DNA from: Candidatus Gilichinskyi gelida | GTDB lineage: Bacteria > Acidobacteriota > Thermoanaerobaculia > Gp7-AA8 | Assembly: GCA_038040385.1 (NCBI GenBank) | Contig: JBBPII010000019.1 | Location: forward strand, 32,886 to 96,885 | DNA: 64,000 nucleotides | Direction: 5' to 3' | Shown here: piece after piece, positions 27,581 through 37,392 of the stretch | Numbering within the stretch: position 1 is the stretch's first letter | How the letters are laid out: each line of letters starts with the position of its first letter | The notes under the pieces: model-generated | Told to the model about the DNA's origin: nothing | Databases searched by the model: none | What the model saw: only the letters and a program-made list of their open reading frames with translations | Program-made: the position numbers and the translations under genes

Positions 27581-27999
27581 AACTGCGGTCTCTTGCCGTC
27601 GCGTTGTTATGCGCCCTCGCGCTGCCGGCAGTCGCGAAGGATGACTTCGCCGAGGTCCGCGCCGTCCTCAACGCGCAGGCCAGGGCATGGAATCGCGGCG
27701 ACATCCTCGGCTACATGAATGGCTATGCTCGCGGCGACAACACGACGTTCGTCGGCAGCGACGGCGTCACGCGCGGATGGCAGACCGTCTTCGACCGCTA
27801 CAAAGCGAAGTACGACACCCGCGCGAAGATGGGGACGCTCGCTTTCTCCGATCTCGACCTTCGCTCGTTCGGCGACGAGATTCTCGTCACCGGCGCATGG
27901 GCCCTCACGCGCGAGTCGGACAACCCGCACGGCCGCTTCACACTGATTTTCAACCGCACCTCCGCCGGTTGGCGGATCGTGTACGACCATTCGTCATAG
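27577..27999 (+). CDS. Secreted NTF2-like (SnoaL/DUF4440, YybH-like) protein
   Basis: AWNRGD...GW...Y...MGTLAF...GRFTL...WRIVYDHSS. Confidence 0.88.
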   Translation: MKLRSLAVALLCALALPAVAKDDFAEVRAVLNAQARAWNRGDILGYMNGYARGDNTTFVGSDGVTRGWQTVFDRYKAKYDTRAKMGTLAFSDLDLRSFGDEILVTGAWALTRESDNPHGRFTLIFNRTSAGWRIVYDHSS

Positions 28000-28020
28000 C
28001 GCCATCGAAAGGAGAACGTC

Positions 28021-28494
28021 ATGAAGACTCTCGCCACCGGAATCATCTGCCTCCTCATCACCGCCGCCGCATCCGCGGGAGTGGTGGTCGTCGCCGACGA
28101 CGGCGCCGCGCTGCGCATCGACGCGGCGAAATTGGCCGGCATGACCGACGCCGCGATTCGTCACGCCGCTCCTCGCGCCGCTGGGTTCACGGTCTCGATC
28201 GCGATCGAGGCGCCGCGCGTCTGGTTGGGATCGCACGGGATCAATGACAGAACGCCGCTGCCCGCCAATGCGGTGCCGCCTTCCACGAGGAGGACTGGCG
28301 GCCGCGGCGCGCTGCAGACTTCCGAGACGTTGAGCGTCACGTACACGATCACCGATCCGAGCGGCGTGGTGCGCGAGAGCGTTCCGATGGTGCTGGCAGT
28401 CGCCCATGGCTCGACGCTCGAGTCGCGGCTGACGGCCATGCGCCGGACTGCCGATGCCATCGCCGCGCGGGTGCGCGCCATCAGCGGAAACTGA
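28021..28494 (+). CDS. Secreted hypothetical protein, distant paralog of the two lipoproteins
   Basis: Signal peptide; VVVADD, TYTITDPSGVV and IAARVRAI match the paralogs. Confidence 0.7.
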   Translation: MKTLATGIICLLITAAASAGVVVVADDGAALRIDAAKLAGMTDAAIRHAAPRAAGFTVSIAIEAPRVWLGSHGINDRTPLPANAVPPSTRRTGGRGALQTSETLSVTYTITDPSGVVRESVPMVLAVAHGSTLESRLTAMRRTADAIAARVRAISGN

Positions 28495-29461
28495 TCGGGA
28501 TGTCGTCCATCGTCAGCACGCCGGGGCGCGCGCTGACGACGCGGGGAATGGCATTGACCACCATCGCCGCCGTGGCGCGGTCGCCGTGCACGCCGCCCTT
28601 GATGGTCATCTCCACGTCCGGAACGCCGCGGATGACGACGCGGTCCGCGGCGACGTCCTCGGCGCCGACGTACATCCGCAGCTCGAGCCGCACGTCGATC
28701 CGCCCGCGCCCCTCGATGGTTTGATGCACGCCGGCCACCTGGCCCGGCGCCACCTTCAGATACTGGGTCACCACCTCGCGCTCGGCGACGATGGGGTCGA
28801 TCCTCTCGTCGCTGACCTGCTCGAACTCCACGCCGAGGCCGTTGCCGACCATCAGAAGCGATTCGCGCAGACCCATGTGCTTGATCTTGCCCGCGTCGAC
28901 CGCGGCGCGGAACTCCTCGACCGTCATTCCGGCGCCGACCTTCCGCTGCAACGGCTCGCGCCGCGTGGAGGCGTTCTGGATGCGGATGATGTCGAGCGCC
29001 TTGATGTCCTGGCAGACCGAGGTCAGCGTCAGCGGGAGCTTGTCCATCACGAAGCCGGGATTGACGCCCGTGCCGAGGAGCGTCGCATTGTGGCGGCGCG
29101 CCACCTGCTGCAGCTCTTCGCGCACCACGCGGTCGATGGGGAAGGAGAGCTCCTCGCAGGTGGAGACGACGTGGCAGCCGCGCTCCAGCAGCGCCTTGAG
29201 CTGGCCGGACACCTCGCGCAGGCGCGATCCGGTCGAATGGCACACCACTTCCGGCTTTCCTTCGACCTCCGGCGTGACTTTCACGCCGACCTCGCGGCCG
29301 AGGCCGATCACTTCGCCGAGGTCCTTGCCGATCTTGTTGGGGTCGATGTCGACGGCGGCGACGAGCTTGACCCACGGCTTGGTCAGCAGCAGCCGCGCGA
29401 TCTCCGCGCCGATGGGGCCGATTCCGTATTGCGCGACGCTGATGGTTTGAACGGGACTCAT
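28481..29461 (-). CDS. NAD(P)-dependent amine dehydrogenase (2,4-diaminopentanoate dehydrogenase/DapB-like)
   Basis: YGIGPIG, STCEEL, GTGVNPGF and GDRATAA motifs. Confidence 0.85.
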   Translation of the reverse strand: MSPVQTISVAQYGIGPIGAEIARLLLTKPWVKLVAAVDIDPNKIGKDLGEVIGLGREVGVKVTPEVEGKPEVVCHSTGSRLREVSGQLKALLERGCHVVSTCEELSFPIDRVVREELQQVARRHNATLLGTGVNPGFVMDKLPLTLTSVCQDIKALDIIRIQNASTRREPLQRKVGAGMTVEEFRAAVDAGKIKHMGLRESLLMVGNGLGVEFEQVSDERIDPIVAEREVVTQYLKVAPGQVAGVHQTIEGRGRIDVRLELRMYVGAEDVAADRVVIRGVPDVEMTIKGGVHGDRATAAMVVNAIPRVVSARPGVLTMDDIPISFR

Positions 29462-30540
29462 GACGGTACCTCGCGAGCGAAAAGTGCCGCGGATTGTAGC
29501 CGCTGCTCGTCCGTTTCATCGATGAAGTTCGACACCCCGATGCCGGCCAGTCGATAGCGGCTGCCGGCCGGAAAGTCGAAGCGGTGCAGCAGCTCGGCGC
29601 CGATCGACGCCAGCTCGTCGCCGCTGGCGGGAGGCGCGGCGGGCGTGAGGCGGCGGGTGGCGGTGCGGAAGTCGCCGGTGCGCAGCTTGATCGTCACCGT
29701 GCGCCCGACCAGGCTGCGGTTGGACAGCGCGGTCCACAGCGATTGCGCCTCCTTGCGGATGTAGACCTCCACTTCGTCGAGGGTGATGTCGGTGGCGAAG
29801 GTGTTCTCGCTCGACCACGACTTCCGCTTGTGGTCGGCGATCACCGGCGACTCGTCGATGCCGCGCGCCAGCTCGAAGAGCCGCGTGCCCCATTTTCCGA
29901 AGTGCTCCACCAGCTCCGGCAGCGTGAAGCGGCGGACATCGCCGACGGTGGCGACGTTCATATCCAGCAGCACTCTCTCCGTCGCAGCCCCGACGCCGGG
30001 GATCTTGCGCACCGGCAGCTCGACGAGGAAATCGAGCACCTGGTGCGGCCGGATGACGAAGAGCCCGTCGGGCTTGCGCCAGTCGGAGGCGATCTTCGCC
30101 AGGAACTTGTTCGGCGCCACGCCGGCCGACGCGGTGAGCTGCGTCTCCTCGCGGATCTCTCGGCGTATGGCCTCCGCGGTCTCCGTGGCGGTGGGGATGC
30201 CGGTCAGCTCGGTGGTGACGTCGAGGTATGCCTCGTCGAGCGACAGCGGCTCCACCAGCGGCGTGTGGCGCTCGAAGATGGTGCGGATCTGCCCAGACAC
30301 CGTGCGGTACTTGTCGAAGTTCGGGGCGATGAACGCCGCCTCGGGACAGAGCCGCCGCGCGCGCGAGGCGGGCATCGCCGAGTGCACCCCGAACTTGCGC
30401 GCCTCGTAGGACGCCGCGCAGACCACGCTCCGCGCGCCGGGCCAGCCCACGATGACCGGGCGGCCTCTCAGCGCGGGGTCGTCGCGCTGTTCCACCGACG
30501 CATAGAATGCGTCCATATCGACATGAATGATTTTGCGCAT
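29458..30540 (-). CDS. dinB: DNA polymerase IV
   Basis: MRKIIHVDMDAFYASVE, SYEAR, SLDEAYLD and NKFLAKIASD. Confidence 0.96.
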   Translation of the reverse strand: MRKIIHVDMDAFYASVEQRDDPALRGRPVIVGWPGARSVVCAASYEARKFGVHSAMPASRARRLCPEAAFIAPNFDKYRTVSGQIRTIFERHTPLVEPLSLDEAYLDVTTELTGIPTATETAEAIRREIREETQLTASAGVAPNKFLAKIASDWRKPDGLFVIRPHQVLDFLVELPVRKIPGVGAATERVLLDMNVATVGDVRRFTLPELVEHFGKWGTRLFELARGIDESPVIADHKRKSWSSENTFATDITLDEVEVYIRKEAQSLWTALSNRSLVGRTVTIKLRTGDFRTATRRLTPAAPPASGDELASIGAELLHRFDFPAGSRYRLAGIGVSNFIDETDEQRLQSAALFAREVPS

Positions 30541-31614
30541 GTGACGACGCCGGCGTTCCTCGTCGACCGCAACATTGTCGAACAGAACTGCCGGCGCATG
30601 CGCGACAAGGCTCTCGCCTCCGGCGTCGCCTTCCGCCCCCACGCGAAGACGCACAAGACCGTGGAGATCGCGCGCCTGCAGCACGGCGGCGGCCTCGGTC
30701 CGATCACCGTTTCGACCTTGGCCGAGGCGGAGTTCTTCGCCGACGCGGGCTTCCGTGACATCACGTACGCGGTGCCCATCGCGCCGGACAAACTGGCCCG
30801 CGCGGCGTCGCTGGCGCGGCGCGTGGAGCGGCTGAACATCCTCATCGACAGCTTCGACGCTCTACGCGCGGTGGAGAGCTCCAACGCCGTATTCGACGCG
30901 TTTCTGAAGGTCGACTGCGGCTACCACCGCGCGGGCGTCGACCCGAACGATCCCGACAGCGTGCGCCTCGCGCTGGCCATGGCGCGTTCGCCCGCGGTGC
31001 ATTTTCAAGGCCTGCTCACGCATGCCGGCCATTCGTACAACGCGCTCGACGTCGATGAGATCCGCCGCGTCGCCGCCCAGGAGACGGCTGCGCTGACCCG
31101 CTTCCGCGCCTTGCTGGACGGCCTCGGCGACATTCCCCGCAGCGTCGGCTCGACGCCGACGGCGTCGGTGGTCGAGCGCTTCACCGACTGCGACGAAGTG
31201 CGCCCCGGCAACTACGTGTTCTTCGACGCCTTCCAGGCCACGATCGGCTCCTGCCTACGCGACGACGTCGCGGTGTCGGTTCTGGCCACCGTCGTAGGCT
31301 CATATCCCGAGCGGCAGGAGGCGATCGTCGATGCCGGCGCCCTCGCGCTATCGAAAGACCTCGGCCCCGATCACATCGACCCGCGCTTCGGCTACGGCAT
31401 CGTCTGCGACACCGCTCTCCGCCCGCTCGCCGCGCGCCTGGTCGCGCTGTCGCAGGAACACGGCAAGCTCGCCACGAGCGAGCCGCTAGCCGTCGGCACG
31501 CTCGTGCGCATCATCCCCAACCACTCCTGTCTGACCGCCGCGATGTACGAGCGCTATCACGTCGTAGACGGGGGGGCGGTGGTGGGGGAGTGGCGGCCGG
31601 TGCGGGGGTGGTGA
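30541..31614 (+). CDS. Fold-type III PLP enzyme (D-threonine aldolase/D-serine dehydratase DSD1 family)
   Basis: TTPAFLVD, RPHAKTHK, HAGHSY, RPGNYVF, SQEHG and PNHSC motifs. Confidence 0.9.
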   Translation: MTTPAFLVDRNIVEQNCRRMRDKALASGVAFRPHAKTHKTVEIARLQHGGGLGPITVSTLAEAEFFADAGFRDITYAVPIAPDKLARAASLARRVERLNILIDSFDALRAVESSNAVFDAFLKVDCGYHRAGVDPNDPDSVRLALAMARSPAVHFQGLLTHAGHSYNALDVDEIRRVAAQETAALTRFRALLDGLGDIPRSVGSTPTASVVERFTDCDEVRPGNYVFFDAFQATIGSCLRDDVAVSVLATVVGSYPERQEAIVDAGALALSKDLGPDHIDPRFGYGIVCDTALRPLAARLVALSQEHGKLATSEPLAVGTLVRIIPNHSCLTAAMYERYHVVDGGAVVGEWRPVRGW

Positions 31615-31616
31615 GG

Positions 31617-31823
31617 TTAGACGGCGACCTTCTCAACGAAAGAGTGAGGCGCAGGAACCGGCTCGCCGCTCTCACGAAGGCTGTCGATGTGTAGCTCGAT
31701 CGCTTCCCGGATGAGCTGCATGGCTTCGTCGCGGTTCTCGCCGATAGCAACGCAGCCCGGAAGGTCCGGCACGTACGCACCCACCGAGGACTCGCCTTCT
31801 TCGAGGATCACGACGTATTCCAT
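31617..31823 (-). CDS. hicB: HicB family antitoxin
   Basis: GAYVPDLPGCVAIGENRDEA...EAIELHI. Confidence 0.9.
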   Translation of the reverse strand: MEYVVILEEGESSVGAYVPDLPGCVAIGENRDEAMQLIREAIELHIDSLRESGEPVPAPHSFVEKVAV

Positions 31824-31832
31824 GCTGTTTAC

Positions 31833-31930
31833 TTAGTCTTTCCTAACTCCGACCTGCTTCCAGACACTTCCGAGCGTACCGATCGGAACGTCAACGCCGA
31901 GTCTACTGGCAACGGTCATGTTACCCGCTT
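31833..31930 (-). pseudogene. HicA toxin C-terminal remnant
   Basis: GNMTVASRLGVDVPIGTLGSVWKQVG resembles the HicA C-terminus; the N-terminal half is missing and a repeat lies in its place. Confidence 0.6.
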
Positions 31931-31952
31931 GACAGGATGCCAGAACTGGCGA

Positions 31953-32053
31953 GGAGTGCGGGCGTCCCCGCCCGCACGCGACGGCCGTCTCGGCCGGCGC
32001 CATCGCGGCCGGGCGAGGACGCCCGGCCGATGCGGGCGGGACGCCCGCACTCC
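31953..32053. repeat. REP-like element, family B
   Basis: GGAGTGCGGGCGTCCC...GGGACGCCCGCACTCC. Confidence 0.8.
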
Positions 32054-32134
32054 ACTGCACAAGATCGTGTGCAGGTAATCACCTGATCACATGCAGGGGA
32101 ACCTAGGAGTTGCTACCATGCTCCGAAGCGTCCT

Positions 32135-35100
32135 GTGGCCGTTCTGCTGACTTTTCCGCCGTTTCATGCGAGCGCGGCCCTGGCCGATGCCGCGCGCATC
32201 GCATCGGCGGCAATCCTGATCGCCGGTCTGGCCGTCGTTTTCCGGGCCCGGCGCTCCCCGGTGGCGCGTCTCTTTTTCGTCTTCACCGTCGCCGCGGCGG
32301 GCTGGCTCGCGTCCTTCGGACAGATGTTCACGGCGCGCAATGATGCCGAAGCCTTGCAGTGGGCTCACCTCGGCACGCTGGCGGTCGCCTTCGTTCCCGC
32401 CGCGGTCTTCCACTTCACCGCCGCATACGTCGGCGCGCGCCGCGCGCTCCGGTTGCAGATCGCCCTCATGTGGGTCGTCTCCACGACGCTGGCCGGCGTC
32501 GGGTACGCAACATCGATTCTCACGCTCGGCGTCCGGCACTACGGGTGGGGGTACTACCCGAAAGGATCGCCGCTCAACGCGATCTGGGTCGTCATCTTCG
32601 CCGCGCTGTTCGCGCTGAGCGGCCGGGTTCTATGGAATTCCGCGAAACACGGCGACGGTCGCGAGCGGCAGTCCGCGCGCGCGCTGTTGGCTGCGTTCGC
32701 CGCCGCCGTATTCTCCTTCTCCGACTACCTCCCATCCGTCGGGGTCGACGTCTATCCGCTCGGATTCATCTCCGTGCTGGCGTTCGTGCTGATCGCCGGA
32801 TGGGCCGTGTGGCGCTACCACCTGATGGATCTGACGCCGGCGTACGCGGCGGGGCAGATCCTCTCGACCATGAAGGGTGCGGTGATTGTGGTCGACCTGT
32901 CGGGACGCATCCGCGTCGCCAACCACGCCGCGGCGACGATGCTCGGCCACGACGAGAGCACGCTGGTCGGCCGGCACATGCGCAGCATTCTGGCGCCGGA
33001 GGAGAAGATCTCCACCGGGCGCATCGTGCACAGTGCGGGGACGCTGGAGCAGGCGATGAGGTGGCGCGCCGCCGACGACCGCATCATCGATGTCGCCGTC
33101 TCCTCGTCGTACGTGCGCGACTCGGAGAGCAATCCGGTCGGCGTCGTTTACGCCGCCAGCGACGTCACCGAGCGCCGCCGCGCCGAGCAGCGCCTGCGCG
33201 AGAGCGAAGAGCGCTACCGCAAGCTCTTCGACGGCAACCCGCTGCCGATGTGGGTCTATGACTTCGAGACGCTGCGCTTCATCGAGGTCAACCAAGCCGC
33301 CGTGCGCCACTACGGCTACTCCCGGGACGAGTTCCTGGCGATGTCCATCGCCGACATCCGCCCCACCGACGAGCTGCCGCGCATGCGCGAAGCGCTCGAC
33401 GCCATCCCGCCGCACAGCGAGGGACGGGTCTTCCGGCACAAGAAGAAGGACGGCTCGATCATCGAGGCGGAGGTGACGTCGTTCGAGTTCGAGTCCGCCG
33501 GCCGCCGCGCGCGGCTGGTGATCGCCGTCGACGTCACTGAGCGGCGCAGCGCCGAACAACTTCTCCGCGATAGCGAAGAACGCTACCGGCTGCTCTTCGA
33601 GCGCAATCTGGCCGGCGTCTTCCGCACCACCCTCGACGGCCGCGTCCTGGAATGCAACGAGGCGCTGGCGCGAATCTTCGGCTACGACACGCCGGCGGAG
33701 CTGGTCTCCCAGCCGGCCGCCTCGGTCTACGAGCACGGCGAGGACCGGCAGCGGCTGATGTCGCGCCTGCGCGAGCAGCGGGTGCTCTCCAACATCGAAG
33801 TGCGTATGCGGAAGCGTGACGGCACGCCGATCTGGGTGCTGGAGAACATGACGCTGCTCGAGGGCGACGCGATCGAAGGGACGATCATCGACATCACCGA
33901 TCGCAAGACCGCGCAGGAGCAGATCGAGTATCAGGCCTATCACGACGTCCTCACCGACCTGCCGAACCGGCTGCTGTTTCGCGACCGCATCGGCGTCGCG
34001 CTGGCGCACGCCAAGCGTCACCGCACCGCCGCGGCGGTGATGTTCCTCGACCTCGATCAGTTCAAGATCGTCAACGACTCCCTCGGCCACACCGTGGGCG
34101 ACGGCCTGCTGCAGGCGGTCGCGGCGCGCCTGGTGGCCTCGGTCCGGGCGCACGACACGGTGGCCCGCATGGGCGGCGACGAGTTCACCGTCCTTCTTTC
34201 CGACGTCACCGACTCGAACAGCGCCGCCACCGTGGCCCAGAAGATCCTCGAATCGGTGTCGTATCCGATGGTCATCGACGGCCACGAGCTCTTCGTCACC
34301 ACCAGCATCGGCATCGCGCTCTATCCCGACGACGGCGTCGACGCCGAGACGCTGCTCAAGAACGCCGACCGGGCCATGTATCACGCCAAGGAGCAGGGGA
34401 GGAACAACTTCCAGTTCGCCAGCGTGGCGGCGCTGGAGGCGACGACCGGACGGCTGTCGCTCGAGCGCAGCCTCCATCACGCCCTCGACCGGAGCGAGTT
34501 CTTGCTGCACTACCAGCCGATGATCAACGTCGCCACCGGCGCGATGATCGGCGCCGAGGCGCTGATCCGGTGGAACCATCCGGAGCGGGGACAGATGATG
34601 CCGGACGACTTCATCCCCGTCGCCGAGGAGTGCGGATTGATTCATCCGATCGGCGAATGGGTGCTGCGAACGGCGTGCGAACAGATGAAGCGATGGCACG
34701 ACGGCGGGCGGCGCGACCTCCGCCTGGCGGTCAATCTCTCGCCCCGTCAGTTCCAGCAGCACAACCTGGCCAGCATGATCGAGGACGTGCTGCGCGATAC
34801 CGGCTATCCCGGCGAGTTGCTCGACATCGAGATCACCGAGTCCACCGCCATGCAGCACGCCGAGATGTCGCTGGCCATCATGAACCGCCTCAAGGAGATG
34901 GGCATCCGCATCTCCATCGACGACTTCGGCACCGAATACTCGTCGCTCAGCTACCTGAAGCGTTTTCCCATCGATACGGTGAAGATCGATCAGAACTTCT
35001 TGCGCGACCTCGGCACCGGCTCGACCGGCGGACCGATCATCTCCGCGGTGATCTCCATGGCCCGCGCGCTGAAGCTGAACGTGATCGCCGAGGGGGTGGA

Positions 35101-35221
35101 GAACGAGGAGCAGCTCGCGTTTTTGCGGCGCGAGAATTGCGAGGCCATCCAGGGTTTCTTCTGCAGCGCGCCGTTGCCTGCAGCAGAGTTCGAAGCGACG
35201 CTGCGCGCGATCTCAAGATGA
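32135..35221 (+). CDS. Membrane (7TM-type sensor) PAS x3 GGDEF-EAL diguanylate cyclase/phosphodiesterase
   Basis: About 7 TM helices, three PAS/PAC units, GGDEF, EAL and DDFGT motifs. Confidence 0.95.
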   Translation: MAVLLTFPPFHASAALADAARIASAAILIAGLAVVFRARRSPVARLFFVFTVAAAGWLASFGQMFTARNDAEALQWAHLGTLAVAFVPAAVFHFTAAYVGARRALRLQIALMWVVSTTLAGVGYATSILTLGVRHYGWGYYPKGSPLNAIWVVIFAALFALSGRVLWNSAKHGDGRERQSARALLAAFAAAVFSFSDYLPSVGVDVYPLGFISVLAFVLIAGWAVWRYHLMDLTPAYAAGQILSTMKGAVIVVDLSGRIRVANHAAATMLGHDESTLVGRHMRSILAPEEKISTGRIVHSAGTLEQAMRWRAADDRIIDVAVSSSYVRDSESNPVGVVYAASDVTERRRAEQRLRESEERYRKLFDGNPLPMWVYDFETLRFIEVNQAAVRHYGYSRDEFLAMSIADIRPTDELPRMREALDAIPPHSEGRVFRHKKKDGSIIEAEVTSFEFESAGRRARLVIAVDVTERRSAEQLLRDSEERYRLLFERNLAGVFRTTLDGRVLECNEALARIFGYDTPAELVSQPAASVYEHGEDRQRLMSRLREQRVLSNIEVRMRKRDGTPIWVLENMTLLEGDAIEGTIIDITDRKTAQEQIEYQAYHDVLTDLPNRLLFRDRIGVALAHAKRHRTAAAVMFLDLDQFKIVNDSLGHTVGDGLLQAVAARLVASVRAHDTVARMGGDEFTVLLSDVTDSNSAATVAQKILESVSYPMVIDGHELFVTTSIGIALYPDDGVDAETLLKNADRAMYHAKEQGRNNFQFASVAALEATTGRLSLERSLHHALDRSEFLLHYQPMINVATGAMIGAEALIRWNHPERGQMMPDDFIPVAEECGLIHPIGEWVLRTACEQMKRWHDGGRRDLRLAVNLSPRQFQQHNLASMIEDVLRDTGYPGELLDIEITESTAMQHAEMSLAIMNRLKEMGIRISIDDFGTEYSSLSYLKRFPIDTVKIDQNFLRDLGTGSTGGPIISAVISMARALKLNVIAEGVENEEQLAFLRRENCEAIQGFFCSAPLPAAEFEATLRAISR

Positions 35222-35279
35222 GCTTGACCGCGCTTCCCTGCGCAGGCAGACTCCCGTCGCTCGAGGGAGAGACTCTTCG

Positions 35280-35738
35280 ATGACGGTGGAGCAGAAGCGC
35301 GTTTTGGTGGTGGATGACGATGCCGTTGTACGGGAAATCCTCAGCTCGGTTTTACAGCAGCACGACCTGACGGTCGATGCCGCGGACGGCGGCGAGGCGG
35401 CCGTCAAGCTTCTCCGCGAGCATCAATATGCCGTCGTGCTGCTCGATCTCCTGATGCCGGGCATGGACGGCTTCGGGCTGCTCGACCGGATGGCCGGGGG
35501 CGACGTCGCCTCGCCGCCTGTGGTGCTGGTGATCACCGCCGCCGACCGCACGGCGATCGAGCGCCTCGACGCGCAGCGGATCCACGGCATCGTGCGCAAG
35601 CCGTTCGATCCGGAGGAGATCGCGCGGCTGGTGGTCGCCTGCGCCGACATCAAGAGCCGCAGCCCGTTCGGGCCGATGGCCATCGCCACCATGATCGCGG
35701 GAGGGCCGTTCCTGGCGCTGCTGAATCGGCTGCCGTGA
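35280..35738 (+). CDS. Single-domain response regulator with a hydrophobic C-terminal tail
   Basis: VLVVDDD, LDLLMP, T, KPF. Confidence 0.9.
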   Translation: MTVEQKRVLVVDDDAVVREILSSVLQQHDLTVDAADGGEAAVKLLREHQYAVVLLDLLMPGMDGFGLLDRMAGGDVASPPVVLVITAADRTAIERLDAQRIHGIVRKPFDPEEIARLVVACADIKSRSPFGPMAIATMIAGGPFLALLNRLP

Positions 35739-35742
35739 ACGG

Positions 35743-36207
35743 CTACATCAGCCGCTGCCGCAGCAGATCGGCGAGCAAGATGATCACCGTGCCGCTGGAG
35801 TAGAGGACACTGCCGATCGGACTGCCGTCGCCGCCGGAGACGCACTGCTTGACCGCGTCGCGCAGCGAGTCGACATCGAACGGTTTGGTGATGACGCCGC
35901 AGATGTCGAACGCCTTCGCCCGCGAAAGCTCCTTGTCGCGCAACGCGGCCGTGACGATCAGCACGTTGCGAAGCCGGGCGGGCGAGTGCTCCTTCAACCA
36001 CTCCAGAACCGCGAAACCGTCGGTTCGCGGCATGAGCAGATCGAGGAGGATGGCGGCGTAATGGCCGGTGCGGAGCTTCTCGATGGCGTCGTTCCCGTCG
36101 GCGGCCACTTCCACGGTGAACTCCCGCTGCAGCACCGCGGTGATCAGCGTGCAGGTCGCCTCGTTGTCATCAACCAGCAGGACGAAGGGCTTCTCGACGC
36201 TCGACAT
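35743..36207 (-). CDS. Single-domain response regulator with a hydrophobic C-terminal tail
   Basis: VLLVDDN, LDLLMP, T, KPF. Confidence 0.9.
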   Translation of the reverse strand: MSSVEKPFVLLVDDNEATCTLITAVLQREFTVEVAADGNDAIEKLRTGHYAAILLDLLMPRTDGFAVLEWLKEHSPARLRNVLIVTAALRDKELSRAKAFDICGVITKPFDVDSLRDAVKQCVSGGDGSPIGSVLYSSGTVIILLADLLRQRLM

Positions 36208-36248
36208 TGGGAACGCGGGGCATTTTACACTGCCGTAGGCATTTGCTG

Positions 36249-37208
36249 ATGCGTGACGACGACGATCTCATCGACCCCGGCGCGGCGGACATCGACCTCC
36301 GCGACGCGGCGATGGTCATCTCCGTCTCCAGCGGTCGCTGCCGGCTCTTCCAGCACGGCCGGGAGATCGACTGCATCGTGCCGTCGGAGATCGCGGTGCG
36401 GCAGAAGAGCGCGCTGGCGGTGGGCGATCGCGTGGTCACAGAAACGGTCGACGGGATCTGCCGGCTGGCGGCGATCCTTCCGCGCCGCACCGTCCTGTCG
36501 CGTCCCGACCCGCTCAATCCGCACCGGCAGCGGCTCATCGCGGCGAACATCGACGTCGTCATACACGTCGTCTCGGTGAAGAAGCCGCCGCTGCGGCCGC
36601 GCCTCATCGACCGCTACCTGATCGCCATTCAACGAGGCGGCGCGCAGCCGCTGATCTGCGTCAACAAGATCGACCTCATCGCGCCGGAGGATCGGGCCAC
36701 CGAACTGGCGCCGCTCGACGTCTATCGCGCGATCGAGGTGCCGGTGATCGTTTGTTCGTCACGCAGCGGCGACGGCTTCGACGCGCTTCGCGGCGCGGTG
36801 GCCGGGAAGACCTGCGCGCTCGTCGGCCATAGCGGGGTGGGGAAGTCGTCGATTCTCAATGCGCTCGACGAGCGGCTGCAGATCGCCACGGGCGATCTTC
36901 ACCGCCGCGGCACCGGCCGCCACACCACCAGCGCTTCGACCCTCCACGACCTGGGCGATGGCACGCTGCTCATCGACACGCCGGGTATCCGCGAGTTCGG
37001 GCTATGGGATCTGCAGCCCGACACGCTGCGCGACTACTTCCCGGAGTTCGCCGAGCCCGCCGAGTCCTGCCGCTTCAACGACTGCACGCACCTGCACGAG
37101 CCGCAGTGCGAGGTGAAGGAGCGCGTGGCGGCGGGGGAGATCAACGCCGCGCGCTACGGCGCGTACGTCCGGCTGGCGGAAGATCTCGCGCAGGGCCGCC
37201 GCAAGTAG
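36249..37208 (+). CDS. rsgA: Ribosome small subunit-dependent GTPase A
   Basis: NKID, GHSGVGKSS, GRHTT, DTPG and CRFNDCTHLHEPQC. Confidence 0.96.
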   Translation: MRDDDDLIDPGAADIDLRDAAMVISVSSGRCRLFQHGREIDCIVPSEIAVRQKSALAVGDRVVTETVDGICRLAAILPRRTVLSRPDPLNPHRQRLIAANIDVVIHVVSVKKPPLRPRLIDRYLIAIQRGGAQPLICVNKIDLIAPEDRATELAPLDVYRAIEVPVIVCSSRSGDGFDALRGAVAGKTCALVGHSGVGKSSILNALDERLQIATGDLHRRGTGRHTTSASTLHDLGDGTLLIDTPGIREFGLWDLQPDTLRDYFPEFAEPAESCRFNDCTHLHEPQCEVKERVAAGEINAARYGAYVRLAEDLAQGRRK

Positions 37209-37235
37209 CCTCCCGCCACCCTCCCACCGACCCCC

Positions 37236-37262
37236 GGCCGCCACGAAGGCGGTCTTTTTTTG
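37236..37262 (+). terminator. Rho-independent terminator after rsgA
   Basis: GGCCGCC-ACGAA-GGCGGTC hairpin followed by a T-run. Confidence 0.75.
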
Positions 37263-37392
37263 TCCTTTTTGCGTGCACTATTTTTCTCGCCCGCAGGGGG
37301 TAGCAAAAGTCGCATTGGCGTCACGCCGTGTGTGAGGGCGCCCTCCAAACCAACCCGCCGGGCCCGACGGCCCGGCCAAACCAGGAGGGCTT

